A DNA stretch of 64,000 nt from Gammaproteobacteria bacterium (GTDB lineage: Bacteria; Pseudomonadota; Gammaproteobacteria; Eutrophobiales; Eutrophobiaceae), in contig OZ244905.1 in NCBI GenBank assembly GCA_965221695.1, positions 448,001 through 512,000 of the forward strand. The letters run 5' to 3'. Under the pieces are notes generated by a model. That model saw only the letters and a list, made by a program, of their open reading frames with translations. It ran no database searches and was not told the DNA's origin. Of this stretch, positions 1 to 10,406 are shown piece after piece. How positions within the stretch are numbered: the first letter of the stretch is position 1; each line of letters opens with the position of its first letter. Made by a program: the position numbers and the translations under genes.

Positions 1-143
1 AACTTGAAGATTGTGCGGCCACTGAAGGCGAAAACCTGATGCCGTATATCGTTGATTGCTGCCATGCCTATGCCACGGTCGGTGAAATGGTATCGAGTCT
101 CAAGCAACAATGGGGTGAATTCAGAGAGCCTATACGGCTTTAA
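1..143 (+). CDS. 3' end of a B12-dependent acyl-CoA (methylmalonyl-CoA-type) mutase large subunit, partial
   Basis: Frame 3 reads LEDCAATEGENLMPYIVDCCHAYATVGEMVSSLKQQWGEFREPIRL*, matching the N(L)MP..I..A..T.GE....L...WGE C-terminus of mutase large subunits; a B12-binding subunit gene follows. Confidence 0.8.
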   Translation, partial: LEDCAATEGENLMPYIVDCCHAYATVGEMVSSLKQQWGEFREPIRL

Positions 144-169
144 TTCAGCAGATATGGGAACAATACGAT

Positions 170-565
170 ATGTCGATTAAGGGCAAAAGAATACTGGTGG
201 GAAAACCCGGGTTGGATGGGCATGATGTCGGCGCAAAGGTGATTGCGTTGACATTACGCGATGCCGGCGCCGATGTCATCTATACGGGCCTGCGAAAAAC
301 ACCGGATTATATTGCCAGAACCGCCGTGGACGAAGATGTGGACGTGGTGGGACTGAGTATTTTGAGCGGCAGTCATAAGGAACTGGTCAAGGCGACCAGG
401 GAAAAGCTCGACGAGCTTGGCGCCGCGTATATCCAAATTTTTGTCGGTGGTACCATTCCTGTTCAGGATTACGACGAACTGAAACAATATGGCGTAGCGG
501 CGATATTTACCGCGGAAATGCCGCTGGATGACATCGTTGCAAAAATCGATCAGTTATTGGGATGA
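170..565 (+). CDS. Cobalamin-binding small subunit of an acyl-CoA mutase
   Basis: KPGLDGHDVGAK (DxHxxG), VVGLSILSGSH and VGGTIP motifs. Confidence 0.9.
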   Translation: MSIKGKRILVGKPGLDGHDVGAKVIALTLRDAGADVIYTGLRKTPDYIARTAVDEDVDVVGLSILSGSHKELVKATREKLDELGAAYIQIFVGGTIPVQDYDELKQYGVAAIFTAEMPLDDIVAKIDQLLG

Positions 566-628
566 ACGTTTCAACAGGCCGGACAGGGCCACTGTCACAG
601 CGCCGAAACTGCCAGAAAGTTCATATGT

Positions 629-1849
629 TCAGTGCCCCCAAAGCTCTGTCGCTCGTGCAAGTTCCAGTTTTGCAATAGTATGTAAATGTACTTCGTCAGG
701 CCCGTCAAAAATCCGCATTCCCCGCACCATTGCAAATTGGTGAGCCAAACCGAAGTCGTCGCTTACGCCGCCCCCGCCATGAACCTGGATTGCGCGGTCA
801 AATACATTTTGCGCCATGTTAGGACCTAAAACCTTGATCATTGCGATTTCCGACCTTGCCGTCTTATTTCCGACGGTGTCCATCATATACGCGGCTTTGA
901 GGCAAAGAAGCCGTGCTTGTTCAATCTCAATGCGAGAATGTGCAATCGCCTGACGCACCGAACCCTGCTCAGCAAGAGACTTGCCGAATGCAACGCGCGA
1001 TTTTGCACGAGCAATCATTGACTCCAGGGCGCGTTCAGCCTGGCCGATAACACGCATACAATGATGGATTCGCCCAGGGCCGAGGCGCCCTTGCGCAATT
1101 TCAAATCCGCGCCCCTCTCCCAGAATCATATTTTCTTTTGGCACACGAACATTATTGAAATCGACTTCCCAATGACCGAAGGGAGCGTGATCATAGCCAA
1201 ATACCGTCAACGGTCTAATTATCTTGACGCCTTCCGTATCAGTCGGAACCAGTATCATCGACTGTTGCTGGCGCCTAGGCGCTGACGGGTCGGTTTTCCC
1301 CATCACGATGAAGATTTTGCAGCGCTTGTCACCCGCGCTGGATGACCACCACTTACGTCCATTGATGACATAATCATCACCGTCGCGCTTTATCTCAGTT
1401 TTAATATTTGTCGCATCGGATGATGCCACAGCCGGCTCGGTCATCGCGAAACAGGAACGAATTTCACCTGCAAGAAGGGGCTTAAGCCACTGTTTCTTCT
1501 GAGCGGTATCGCCATACCGGTCGAGCACTTCCATATTACCCGTGTCCGGGGCCGAGCAGTTGAAAACCTCCGGGCCAATCCAGGAGCGCCCCATGATTTC
1601 GCACAGCGGCGCATATTCGACATTGGTGAGTCCGGCGCCGAAGTCACTTTCAGGCAAAAACAGATTCCACAGGCCATGCGCCTTCGCCTTTTCCTTCAAC
1701 TCTTCCAGGATGGGAGGAATGTCCCAGCGATCTGCCTGAGCAAGATGTTGCTCGGTGAAAATTCGTTCGCCCGGATACACATATTCATCCATGAACTCGG
1801 AAACCTGCTTTATGAGTTTATTGGTCTTTTCTGAATGTTCAAAATACAT
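629..1849 (-). CDS. Acyl-CoA dehydrogenase
   Basis: [39 protein letters not shown] and DGPDEVH motifs (ACAD10/11-like). Confidence 0.92.
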   Translation of the reverse strand: MYFEHSEKTNKLIKQVSEFMDEYVYPGERIFTEQHLAQADRWDIPPILEELKEKAKAHGLWNLFLPESDFGAGLTNVEYAPLCEIMGRSWIGPEVFNCSAPDTGNMEVLDRYGDTAQKKQWLKPLLAGEIRSCFAMTEPAVASSDATNIKTEIKRDGDDYVINGRKWWSSSAGDKRCKIFIVMGKTDPSAPRRQQQSMILVPTDTEGVKIIRPLTVFGYDHAPFGHWEVDFNNVRVPKENMILGEGRGFEIAQGRLGPGRIHHCMRVIGQAERALESMIARAKSRVAFGKSLAEQGSVRQAIAHSRIEIEQARLLCLKAAYMMDTVGNKTARSEIAMIKVLGPNMAQNVFDRAIQVHGGGGVSDDFGLAHQFAMVRGMRIFDGPDEVHLHTIAKLELARATELWGH

Positions 1850-1880
1850 AGCTCTCTCGTTGCCGAAAAGGATTTATCGT

Positions 1881-1943
1881 TAAGCCGTCGCCCGGAGCGC
1901 GGACGTCCCGTCTGCAAGCAGGCCGATCGCCTGCGGTCTCAGG
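1881..1943. repeat. Degenerate REP-like palindrome (GGAGCGCGG family)
   Basis: cccggagcgcggacgtcccgtctgca resembles cctgggagcgcgggtgtctcgcttgca at about 23027; both are intergenic. Confidence 0.4.
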
Positions 1944-1975
1944 AGTTGACAGCCCGCTGTTTTAAAGAAGAAAAC

Positions 1976-2049
1976 TGGAGGCTGGGGTCGGAATCGAACC
2001 GGCGTCGACGGCTTTGCAGGCCGCTGCATAACCACTCTGCCACCCAGCC
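1976..2049 (-). tRNA. tRNA-Cys (GCA)
   Basis: Reverse complement GGCTGGGTGGCAGAGTGGTTATGCAGCGGCCTGCAAAGCCGTCGACGCCGGTTCGATTCCGACCCCAGCCTCCA; cloverleaf, GCA anticodon, CCA end. Confidence 0.97.
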
Positions 2050-2149
2050 AGGGATATACCCGAAATCGTTAAGATCAAACATCCACCCGATGCCCACAAA
2101 CTTGCCTGCGGGCGATCCGGGCAGTGTCCGGTCATGAACAATAAACAAG

Positions 2150-2182
2150 AACAAACAAAAACCCCGGGGCCAGCCCGGGGTT
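2150..2182 (-). terminator. Intrinsic terminator-like hairpin between tRNA-Gly and tRNA-Cys
   Basis: Minus strand AACCCCGGG-CTGGC-CCCGGGGTT followed by TTGTTTGTT. Confidence 0.55.
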
Positions 2183-2204
2183 ATCCCTGCTCAGGGTATC
2201 TGTT

Positions 2205-2280
<76 letters not shown>

Positions 2281-2377
2281 GCTGGTCATTCATGTATTAC
2301 CCTTCCCTGGTGCAATTCAAATATCTTCCCGGACCGTACTTGAATTGTAACGCCATTCTGGAAGATTTCAAGCGCGT

Positions 2378-2992
2378 TTACGCCGGCAACATGCCCTCGG
2401 TTACGATAAAGTGGATGATCGCATCCAGGCCCTCGCCGGTCTTAAGATTGGAGAAGATAAACGGCTTATCACGGCGCATCCTGCGGGCATCCCGATCCAT
2501 GACCTCAAGCGAAGCGCCGACGCTGGCAGCCAGGTCGATCTTATTGATGATCAGTAAATCGGAACGGGTGATCCCCGGCCCACCCTTGCGCGGAATTTTA
2601 TCTCCGGCTGCCACATCAATTACATACAGTGTCAGATCAGAGAGTTCCGGGCTGAACGTGGCGCTGAGGTTATCGCCTCCGCTTTCGACAAATACCAGGT
2701 CCAGTTTGCGATGCCGTTGCTGCAACGTATCAATGGCTGCGAGGTTCATCGATGCGTCCTCGCGAATGGCCGTGTGTGGGCAACCGCCGGTTTCAACGCC
2801 GATGATCCGGTTTGCCGCCAACGCATTGTGACGAGTCAGAAACTCCGCATCCTCATGAGTATAGATATCGTTGGTAACGACGCCAATGTCATAGCGGTCG
2901 CGCAGCGCCTGGCATAAAGCCTTCAACAGTGCGGTCTTCCCGGAACCGACTGGCCCGCCAACGCCTACCCTCAATGCGTGTTTTGTCATCAT
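2378..2992 (-). CDS. ureG: Urease accessory GTPase UreG (start uncertain: 2998/2992/2989)
   Basis: [10 protein letters not shown]-loop, [20 protein letters not shown] and NKID motifs. Confidence 0.96.
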   Translation of the reverse strand: MMTKHALRVGVGGPVGSGKTALLKALCQALRDRYDIGVVTNDIYTHEDAEFLTRHNALAANRIIGVETGGCPHTAIREDASMNLAAIDTLQQRHRKLDLVFVESGGDNLSATFSPELSDLTLYVIDVAAGDKIPRKGGPGITRSDLLIINKIDLAASVGASLEVMDRDARRMRRDKPFIFSNLKTGEGLDAIIHFIVTEGMLPA

Positions 2993-2999
2993 TGTCATC

Positions 3000-3680
3000 T
3001 CAGGACCTGAATAATCGGCTGTACTGCTGCTCGTGCCAGCTACTGGCCAACGCCAGGGCCGGCAGGGAACTGCCAATCTCGTCATCGGCAAGCTCTCTGG
3101 CTTTAGCGACGGTTGCCGGCAACTGTGGCATCAGGTCGCTCAACAACCGCTGGGCTGCGGTCTGCCCCAGCGCCATCAATCGGGTTGCCGCGCTGACCTG
3201 GTTTTCCAACCAACTCCAAAGGTAGCCATGGCACGCAAGTTCCGGAGTGATGCGCCAATGTGCGGCCAGCATCGCAAAGCTGGTGATGAACGTTGTCCCG
3301 CTCGGCGTTTGCCAGGGCAGCGCGATATTCAAAGCCGGCGCCAGACGCAACAGGGCCGCGCCCATTGCCATTTCTGCCGCGCGCAGTTCAGTCGTATCCC
3401 GACAGCTCAGAATCCAGGCATCCCAGCGGCGCAGGTCACCGGTGTCCTGGCGTTTGGCCGCATCCACCTGGCGCAGCAGTAACGGCGCGTCAACTCGCGC
3501 CTGCCCCTCGCTCAACTGCAATGACAACCAGTCCTGCAGTGTTGCGTGGTCCTGCAACCAACCCTGTTCCACTGCCGCTTCGAGACCTTGGGAGAAGGAG
3601 TAGCCGCCTACCGGCAAGGCGGCGCTGCTCAATTGCAGCAGGCGCAACAAGGCGTTGTCAGTAATGCTAATGGTGGGCAT
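3000..3680 (-). CDS. ureF: Urease accessory protein UreF
   Basis: [21 protein letters not shown] and C-terminal [11 protein letters not shown]; start trimmed to the ATG overlapping the ureE end. Confidence 0.93.
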   Translation of the reverse strand: MPTISITDNALLRLLQLSSAALPVGGYSFSQGLEAAVEQGWLQDHATLQDWLSLQLSEGQARVDAPLLLRQVDAAKRQDTGDLRRWDAWILSCRDTTELRAAEMAMGAALLRLAPALNIALPWQTPSGTTFITSFAMLAAHWRITPELACHGYLWSWLENQVSAATRLMALGQTAAQRLLSDLMPQLPATVAKARELADDEIGSSLPALALASSWHEQQYSRLFRS

Positions 3681-4113
3681 GACCGCCACCGCTGTACGCG
3701 CCCGGCTCAGGCTCGAAAACCGCTTTCTGCTGAATGACTTCCAGGCCCATTTCCACCAACATTTGTTCAAGCACGTGTTCGCGAACCATGCGCAGCCAGC
3801 GTTTCCCGACTTGCAATCGGACATGCCGATTGCCAAGGTGATAGCAGGCGCGGGCGAATAAAGACCAATCGCCGGCGCGCGCCAGGGTGACGGGTTCTAT
3901 AGCGCCGGCGACCACCAAATCTCGGCCACAGACGCTACGCAGCCCCTGGCCAATGCCCAGGACATTGCCGCGTTCGAGGAAAACGCGCACCTCAGTGCCA
4001 TCGGCCAGAAAGGTTTTAAACCTGCCTTTTTCCCTTTGCAGGTGATCAAGAGGCAATTCCTCGGCGCCGGAACCGGATTGAAGATGGGGCAAACGTTCGT
4101 ACACTTCCAGCAT
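3667..4113 (-). CDS. ureE: Urease nickel chaperone UreE
   Basis: ARACYHLGNRH and FEPEPGAY motifs, short His tail. Confidence 0.93.
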   Translation of the reverse strand: MLEVYERLPHLQSGSGAEELPLDHLQREKGRFKTFLADGTEVRVFLERGNVLGIGQGLRSVCGRDLVVAGAIEPVTLARAGDWSLFARACYHLGNRHVRLQVGKRWLRMVREHVLEQMLVEMGLEVIQQKAVFEPEPGAYSGGGHAHH

Positions 4114-4121
4114 GGTTCGTG

Positions 4122-5825
4122 TTAAAACAGGTTGTATAACTGTGCCAGCGGCAATACCTCAGCCGGTTCACAGGTCAGCAACTCGCCGTCAGCCCGCACT
4201 TCATATGTTTGCGGGTCTACCGTAACAGCCGGCATCCAAGTGTTATGTATCATATCAGCCTTGGTCACAGAACGGCAGTCCTGGCAGGCTGCCAGTCGTC
4301 GTCCCAGCCGCAATCGCTCTGCCACGCCTGCTTCCATTGCAGCGCCACTGACAAATGTGACCGATATATTGCGCGGCGCGGCGCCAAAAGCGCCGAACAT
4401 ATTTCTGTAATGCACTGGTTGTGGCGTTGGAATCGACGCGTTGGGATCGCCCATGGCCGCTGCCGCAATACACCCCCCCTTGATAATCAACGAGGGCTTG
4501 ACGCCGAAAAAAGCGGGTTTCCACAATACCAGGTCGGCAAGCTTGCCTACCTCGACAGAACCAATCTCGCGGGCGATACCGTGAGTGATTGCCGGATTGA
4601 TCGTGTACTTGGCTATATAGCGGCGGGCGCGCAGGTTGTCGTTTTGTTCGGTGTCCCCTTCGAGCGGGCCGCGCTGCAGCTTCATCTTGTGCGCGGTTTG
4701 CCAGGTGCGGGTAATCACCTCGCCCACCCGTCCCATGGCCTGGGAATCCGAAGCGATCATGCTGAATGCGCCAAGATCATGGAAAATATCTTCCGCAGCG
4801 ATGGTTTCCTTGCGAATCCGGGAATCGGCAAAAGCCACATCTTCAGGTATGGCAGCGTCCAGATGATGGCAAACCATCAACATATCCAGGTGTTCGTCCA
4901 CCGTGTTACGGGTATAGGGCCGGGTTGGGTTTGTGGACGACGGCAGTACGTTAGGCTCGCCGCAGGCGCGGATAATATCCGGCGCATGGCCGCCGCCGGC
5001 GCCTTCGGTGTGGTAGGTATGAATAGTCCGCCCCTTGAATGCGGCCAGGGTATCGTCCACAAAGCCGGATTCGTTCAACGTATCGGTATGAATGGCAACC
5101 TGGACATCGAAACGCTCGGCAACATTCAGGCAAGTATCTATTGCCGCGGGTGTCGTGCCCCAGTCTTCGTGCAATTTCAAGCCGCAGGCTCCGGCTGTCA
5201 ATTGTTCTTCCAAAGCCAAGGGCAGACTGGCGTTGCCCTTGCCAAGAAAGCCGAAATTCATCGGCATATCATCAGTGGCCTGCAACATCTTGCCGATATG
5301 CCAGGGGCCTGGCGTGCAAGTGGTTGCTTTCGTACCGGTAGCCGGCCCGGTGCCGCCGCCCAGCATGGTCGTCACACCGGACATCAGCGCTTCCTCCACC
5401 TGCTGTGGGCAGATAAAGTGGATGTGCGCGTCTATGCCGCCGGCGGTCAATATCTGCCCTTCGCCGGCGATGATTTCAGTGCCCGGACCGATCAATACGT
5501 TTATATTGTCCTGTATGTCCGGGTTGCCGGCCTTGCCGATGGCGCTGATGCGCCCTTGCCTGATGCCGAGATCGGCTTTGACGATGCCCCAGTGATCCAG
5601 GATCAGCGCGTTGGTGATGACCGTATCCACACATTCTCTGCCGCCGCGTTGGCTCTGGCCCATTCCGTCGCGAATCACCTTGCCACCGCCAAACTTGACC
5701 TCCTCTCCGTAGTGGGTAAAGTCTTTTTCCACCTCTATGATCAGCGCGGTGTCGCCCAACCGCACCCGATCACCGGTAGTCGGACCAAACATGGCTGCGT
5801 AAGACTGTCTGTCAATTGTGCTCAT
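4122..5825 (-). CDS. ureC: Urease alpha subunit
   Basis: [25 protein letters not shown] and [11 protein letters not shown] active-site motifs. Confidence 0.99.
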   Translation of the reverse strand: MSTIDRQSYAAMFGPTTGDRVRLGDTALIIEVEKDFTHYGEEVKFGGGKVIRDGMGQSQRGGRECVDTVITNALILDHWGIVKADLGIRQGRISAIGKAGNPDIQDNINVLIGPGTEIIAGEGQILTAGGIDAHIHFICPQQVEEALMSGVTTMLGGGTGPATGTKATTCTPGPWHIGKMLQATDDMPMNFGFLGKGNASLPLALEEQLTAGACGLKLHEDWGTTPAAIDTCLNVAERFDVQVAIHTDTLNESGFVDDTLAAFKGRTIHTYHTEGAGGGHAPDIIRACGEPNVLPSSTNPTRPYTRNTVDEHLDMLMVCHHLDAAIPEDVAFADSRIRKETIAAEDIFHDLGAFSMIASDSQAMGRVGEVITRTWQTAHKMKLQRGPLEGDTEQNDNLRARRYIAKYTINPAITHGIAREIGSVEVGKLADLVLWKPAFFGVKPSLIIKGGCIAAAAMGDPNASIPTPQPVHYRNMFGAFGAAPRNISVTFVSGAAMEAGVAERLRLGRRLAACQDCRSVTKADMIHNTWMPAVTVDPQTYEVRADGELLTCEPAEVLPLAQLYNLF

Positions 5826-5871
5826 GGTTCATCCTTATCTGCGAAAAGTCTCCTGGGTCTCCTACTGGCAT

Positions 5872-6201
5872 TCAGGGGTCAGTATCCGGCGCAGCATCCA
5901 GCGCGCCCATGATTTCTCCGCGGAACCCATAGACCTTACGGGCGCTGGTGTAGGCCACCAGCTCCACCTCCCGGTCCTGGCCCGGTTCAAATCGGACCGC
6001 TGTGCCGGAGACAATATTCAAACGAAATCCCCAAGTCTTCTCCCGGTCAAACAGCAAGGCGGAGTTGGTTTCAAAGAAATGGTAGTGGGAACCGACCTGC
6101 ACCGGACGGTCGCCGCTGTTTTTGACGACCAAGGTCAGGATTTCACGTCCCTCGTTCAAGCTGATTTCACCTTCAGCGACGAGGATTTCACCGGGAATCA
6201 T
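5872..6201 (-). CDS. ureB: Urease beta subunit
   Basis: [18 protein letters not shown] and GTAVRFEPG motifs. Confidence 0.97.
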   Translation of the reverse strand: MIPGEILVAEGEISLNEGREILTLVVKNSGDRPVQVGSHYHFFETNSALLFDREKTWGFRLNIVSGTAVRFEPGQDREVELVAYTSARKVYGFRGEIMGALDAAPDTDP

Positions 6202-6206
6202 ATTCT

Positions 6207-6509
6207 TCAACCAATAGGATCATGCACCGTGACCAATTTAGTGCCGTCAGGAAAAGTGGCTTCCACCTGGACCTCGCGAATCAGTTCCGCCACGCCGTCC
6301 ATCACCTGGTCGGCACGCAGAACCTGTTTGCCATAATTCATCAATTCGGCGACTGTTTTCCCATCCCTTGCGCCTTCCATGATTTCCAGTGTCAGGTAAG
6401 CGACGGCTTCCGGGTAATTGAGCTTGAGGCCCCTGTTCAAGCGGCGTTCCGCGAGCAAAGCGGCGGTAAAGACCAGCAGTTTATCTTTCTCTCTTGGTAA
6501 TAATTCCAT
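6207..6509 (-). CDS. ureA: Urease gamma subunit
   Basis: [11 protein letters not shown]...LNYPEAVA...[20 protein letters not shown]. Confidence 0.98.
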   Translation of the reverse strand: MELLPREKDKLLVFTAALLAERRLNRGLKLNYPEAVAYLTLEIMEGARDGKTVAELMNYGKQVLRADQVMDGVAELIREVQVEATFPDGTKLVTVHDPIG

Positions 6510-6523
6510 GTTTTGTTGTTGTT

Positions 6524-7372
6524 TTATGTAAACCAGATGCGCGGCGCGCAAGCGGCCCGACCCAGTAGCGGCGACCGTAGGCAGCGCCACCAGGCAGTAT
6601 ACAGTTTGCGCGCATTGGACGCGCTATCGCCGAGATAGCGTCCTATCAGGAAATCGTCCAGCCAGCTCAGCGCTACGCACTGCTCCGTCACGGTCTCGCG
6701 CAGTAATTGTAACAGGGGCACGCGTTTTTCGACAGCATAAGGTCCGGCCAGAAAGATACCGGTAACAGGTTCGCCGCGCAGACTTGCCGGACCATCCAGC
6801 ATCAACGCGCGGTTATCATCATCCAGGCAAAACGCCTCGGTAAACACCGGTTCTCCCTCCCGTATAACACAATAACGTTGTTTGAAACGTCCGCTGTTAA
6901 AACGTTGCTGGCTTGCAGGCAAGCCGAAACATGTCAATTCCCAACCGATAAAACGGCTGTCCCGGTCCAATTCTACGGTTGTCTCGAGTTCAACCCAGGC
7001 GCCGTCAAATACGATGGTTTCCAGTGGAAACCATTCAAGCGCAGCGCCGGCATCAAGTCGCAGGCAGACGCGCTGGCGTTGTAGCGGATTGTTTTCTCGC
7101 GCGCGGTACACCCGGGTGGCGCCTGGCGTGGTAATCAAAGCGCCACAGGCAGCGGAGATATCGACGCTGACATTCAGACTATCGCCCGAGACGATGCCGC
7201 CAGGCGGATGCAACAGGTACAGGTGAGGGTGCTCTTTGCCTTCCGGATAAAAGGGTTTTTGCACATAAAGGGGGCCATTGTGCGCGCAACGCGCCAGGCG
7301 CGTCCTGCCGGCTTCGGCGCGCAGGTTCAATTCGACGTTTGCAGGCCAACCCTGCCCGAAGACTGATTTCAT
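6524..7372 (-). CDS. ureD: Urease accessory protein UreD
   Basis: [24 protein letters not shown] and PRIW motifs; ATG at 7372 overlaps the pgsA TGA (ATGA). Confidence 0.93.
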   Translation of the reverse strand: MKSVFGQGWPANVELNLRAEAGRTRLARCAHNGPLYVQKPFYPEGKEHPHLYLLHPPGGIVSGDSLNVSVDISAACGALITTPGATRVYRARENNPLQRQRVCLRLDAGAALEWFPLETIVFDGAWVELETTVELDRDSRFIGWELTCFGLPASQQRFNSGRFKQRYCVIREGEPVFTEAFCLDDDNRALMLDGPASLRGEPVTGIFLAGPYAVEKRVPLLQLLRETVTEQCVALSWLDDFLIGRYLGDSASNARKLYTAWWRCLRSPLLGRAACAPRIWFT

Positions 7373-7923
7373 ATATTTTCTTTCAGTTTTGGCCATGCGC
7401 TGGCCAGGTATTGACACATTGATATCAGGGTCAAGATCGCAGCGACATACAACAGGACCAACCCCACCCCATAGACGGGCACGCTGTAAAGCGTGTCATG
7501 GTATATCAACAATGGCAACGCGGCCATCTGGGCGATGGTCTTTATCTTGCCATAGATGGACACAGCCACATTACTGCGCGCGCCCAGTTCCGCCATCCAC
7601 TCCCGCAAGGCCGAGACCGCGATCTCCCTGCCGATGATCACCGCGGCAGGCAAGGACAGCAGGATGCCGGGATTGCGTTCCACCAGCAGCACCAGCGCGA
7701 CCGCCACCATAAGCTTGTCGGCGACGGGGTCGAGAAACGCACCGAGTTTGGAGGTCTGTTGCAGTTTGCGCGCCAGGAAACCGTCCAGCAGGTCAGTGAA
7801 TGCAGCAACGACAAAGACAATGCAGGCCGCTTCATTGCTCCAGTTGAACGGCAGGTAGAACGCGACGACAAAAACGGGTATCAACCCGATGCGAAAAAGT
7901 GTAAGAATATTTGGTAAGTTCAT
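7369..7923 (-). CDS. pgsA: CDP-diacylglycerol--glycerol-3-phosphate 3-phosphatidyltransferase
   Basis: MNLPNILT, DLLDGFLAR...GAFLDPVADK; downstream of uvrC. Confidence 0.96.
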   Translation of the reverse strand: MNLPNILTLFRIGLIPVFVVAFYLPFNWSNEAACIVFVVAAFTDLLDGFLARKLQQTSKLGAFLDPVADKLMVAVALVLLVERNPGILLSLPAAVIIGREIAVSALREWMAELGARSNVAVSIYGKIKTIAQMAALPLLIYHDTLYSVPVYGVGLVLLYVAAILTLISMCQYLASAWPKLKENI

Positions 7924-7951
7924 CTCGTAATACAATGATTTATATATATTA

Positions 7952-8102
7952 GTAAGCTCTGAACAAGTCCATCCAGGACTTGTCAGAGCACGCAAAACAA
8001 AAATGCAATTTTTGTTTTGCTCTCAAATTTAATGACTGATCGTCATTGAATTTGGCGACACATCCCTGTATCGCAGGAAACTCTGACTTAATCAGAGTTT
8101 CC
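7952..8102 (+). mobile_element. Miniature inverted-repeat element, 151 bp (copy 1)
   Basis: GTAAGCTCTGAACAAGTCC...GGAAACTCTGACTTAATCAGAGTTTCC; colinear with the copies at 23098 and 41901. Confidence 0.85.
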
Positions 8103-8158
8103 ATTATTAATACAGTAATCTGATGTGCAGCAAAAGCGGAACTTCGAGTTTGCGTAGT

Positions 8159-9988
8159 TTATTTGTCTCCATGGAATGACGCATAGATTTTTTGAGCCAG
8201 ATTGTTGCTGATTCCTGGCGCGCGGGCAAGCTCTTCTATACCGGCCCTGGAAACACCCTGGAGTCCGCCAAAGTAACGGATAAGGTCGCGGCGCCGTTTT
8301 GCGCCTACACCTTCCACCTCTTCCAGCATGGATTTTGTGCGTTTCTGGTTTCGTTGCCGCCTGTGGCCAGTGATAGCAAACCGGTGGGCTTCATCACGGA
8401 TTTCCTGGATCAGGTGCAGCGCCGATGAACCCGGCGGCAGGCTCATTTCGCTTTTTCCGTCGGATAACACCAGCCGTTCCATCCCGGGCTTTCTCGCCCT
8501 GCCCTTGGCCACACCGAGTAACAGTAATTCGTCAAGCTGCAGTTCTTCCGCCACGGTCCTGACGGAGTTGATCTGACCTTTACCACCATCAATCAGGACC
8601 AGGTCAGGGAGCTTCCCCTCCTCCTTTTTTATGCGCGCATAACGCCGGCTGAATGCCTGAGACAGCGCCGCGTAATCATCACCGGCGGGAATGTCCCTGA
8701 TATTGAACTTGCGATAGTCGGTTTTGACCGCGCCTTCGTGGTTGAATACCACACAGGAGGCGACCGTTGCTTCACCGCTTGAGTGGCTGACGTCAAAGCA
8801 TTCTATCCGTTCCACCGGCTCGTTCAAGCGCAGCACACCCTGCAATTTTTCGAACCGGGACAGGTAACTGTCCCTGGATGAAAGACGCGTCTTCAACGCT
8901 ATTTCCGCATTGTTCAATGCCATTTCCACCCATTTTCTTCTCTCGCTCCTGTGGTTATGCTTGATCCTGACAGTTTTTCCTCTCCTCTCACTCAGCAGGA
9001 CAGTCAACGCTTCCGCATCCGCAACCTGGTGGCTTACCAGGATTTCGCCCGGCGCCGGCCGGTTGCGGGTACCTGCAAGGTAAAACTGGGCCAGGAACGC
9101 ATTGAGTACCTGATCTTCACTCAATTCACCGGTATGGGTCGGAAAAAAAGCCGTGTTACCCAGGTTCAGTCCACCGCGTATGAAAAAGACCTGCACGCAG
9201 GCATACCCGCTCTGCATATGGCAGGCGACGATATCGAGTTCCCCCTTGGGTGCGCTGATATACTGGCTTTCCTGAATTTTCCTCAGGCTGACGATCTGGT
9301 CGCGATACTGCGCAGCACGTTCATAGTCTAACTTGTCCGCCGCCGCCTGCATGGGCCTTGTCAATTCGCGGATCACCTCCTCGTTGCGCCCTTCGAGGAA
9401 CATGACCGTATGTTTCACATCTTCCCGGTAAGTTTCGGGGCCTACCAGTTCCACACATGGCGCGGTGCAACGCTTGATCTGGTATTGCAGGCAGGGCCGG
9501 GAACGGTTGTTGAAAAAATTGTCATCGCACTGCCGGATCTTGAACAGCTTCTGGGTAAGGTTCAGGGTGCGGCGGGCTGACCTGGCGCTGGGGTAAGGAC
9601 CGAAGTACTGTCCCGCCCCCGACTTGGCGCCGCGGTAGAAACTCAACCTGGGAAATTCACTGTCTGTGGATAAATAGAGATACGGGTAGCTTTTGTCATC
9701 CCGTAACACCACGTTATAACGGGGTTTATGCCGTTTTATCAGGTTGCTCTCAAGCAACAAGGCCTCGGCTTCGGTACGCGTAACCGTAACATTGATATCC
9801 CGGATCTGCTTGACCAGCGCCCGGGTTTTGGGAGATTCCGGCTTCTTACCGAAATAGCTAGCGACCCTTTTTTTCAGGTCCCTCGCTTTGCCCACGTAAA
9901 TCAGCGTTCCATCTCCATCAAGCATTTGGTAGACACCCGGATGGTGGGTCATCCTCTCCAGAGATGTTTTATAGTCAAAACTGTTCAT
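8159..9988 (-). CDS. uvrC: Excinuclease ABC subunit C
   Basis: GIY-YIG N-terminus (PGVY...YVGKA), ECFDVSH, DGGKGQ and HhH C-terminus. Confidence 0.98.
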   Translation of the reverse strand: MNSFDYKTSLERMTHHPGVYQMLDGDGTLIYVGKARDLKKRVASYFGKKPESPKTRALVKQIRDINVTVTRTEAEALLLESNLIKRHKPRYNVVLRDDKSYPYLYLSTDSEFPRLSFYRGAKSGAGQYFGPYPSARSARRTLNLTQKLFKIRQCDDNFFNNRSRPCLQYQIKRCTAPCVELVGPETYREDVKHTVMFLEGRNEEVIRELTRPMQAAADKLDYERAAQYRDQIVSLRKIQESQYISAPKGELDIVACHMQSGYACVQVFFIRGGLNLGNTAFFPTHTGELSEDQVLNAFLAQFYLAGTRNRPAPGEILVSHQVADAEALTVLLSERRGKTVRIKHNHRSERRKWVEMALNNAEIALKTRLSSRDSYLSRFEKLQGVLRLNEPVERIECFDVSHSSGEATVASCVVFNHEGAVKTDYRKFNIRDIPAGDDYAALSQAFSRRYARIKKEEGKLPDLVLIDGGKGQINSVRTVAEELQLDELLLLGVAKGRARKPGMERLVLSDGKSEMSLPPGSSALHLIQEIRDEAHRFAITGHRRQRNQKRTKSMLEEVEGVGAKRRRDLIRYFGGLQGVSRAGIEELARAPGISNNLAQKIYASFHGDK

Positions 9989-10406
9989 TATGCGCGGAGA
10001 AATTCGGGCTATGCGTCTTTGTTATCAGGAATAATAAGGTTAATTCTCCATGACTTATCGATTTCAAACGGGCTGAAACCCCGAAAATTGTTTATGGATA
10101 AATTCGATAACATCTGCTCTTGCTCGACACGACCAGAATACATATGTTGGTAGATCATACACGAAAACGGTCAGACGGACGCTTCCTTGAGCGTAAATTC
10201 GGTGGGTTTGTCGCTATCATAGACGCCGCCATAGAATTGCTAAGTCATTAGCATCAAAACGATTAATGGAATAAAATCAACCTGATATAGCTACAGGTCT
10301 GGACCGCGAAGGTGTTTATAAATTGGTGTTTGGATTTTGTGATTGGCCTGTTATCGTTTACCATCGGATTTATAGTTCTTTGGAAGGTTGCGGGGAGGAA
10401 CAGCGC

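Noticed and set aside
4209-5912. 567-aa plus-strand ORF, same length as UreC
   Set aside because: Antisense shadow of ureC; no recognisable motifs or RBS; the equal length appears coincidental
10130-10310. GntR/FadR-like operator half-palindromes upstream of the Rieske gene
   Set aside because: Matches are too degenerate and no regulator is adjacent
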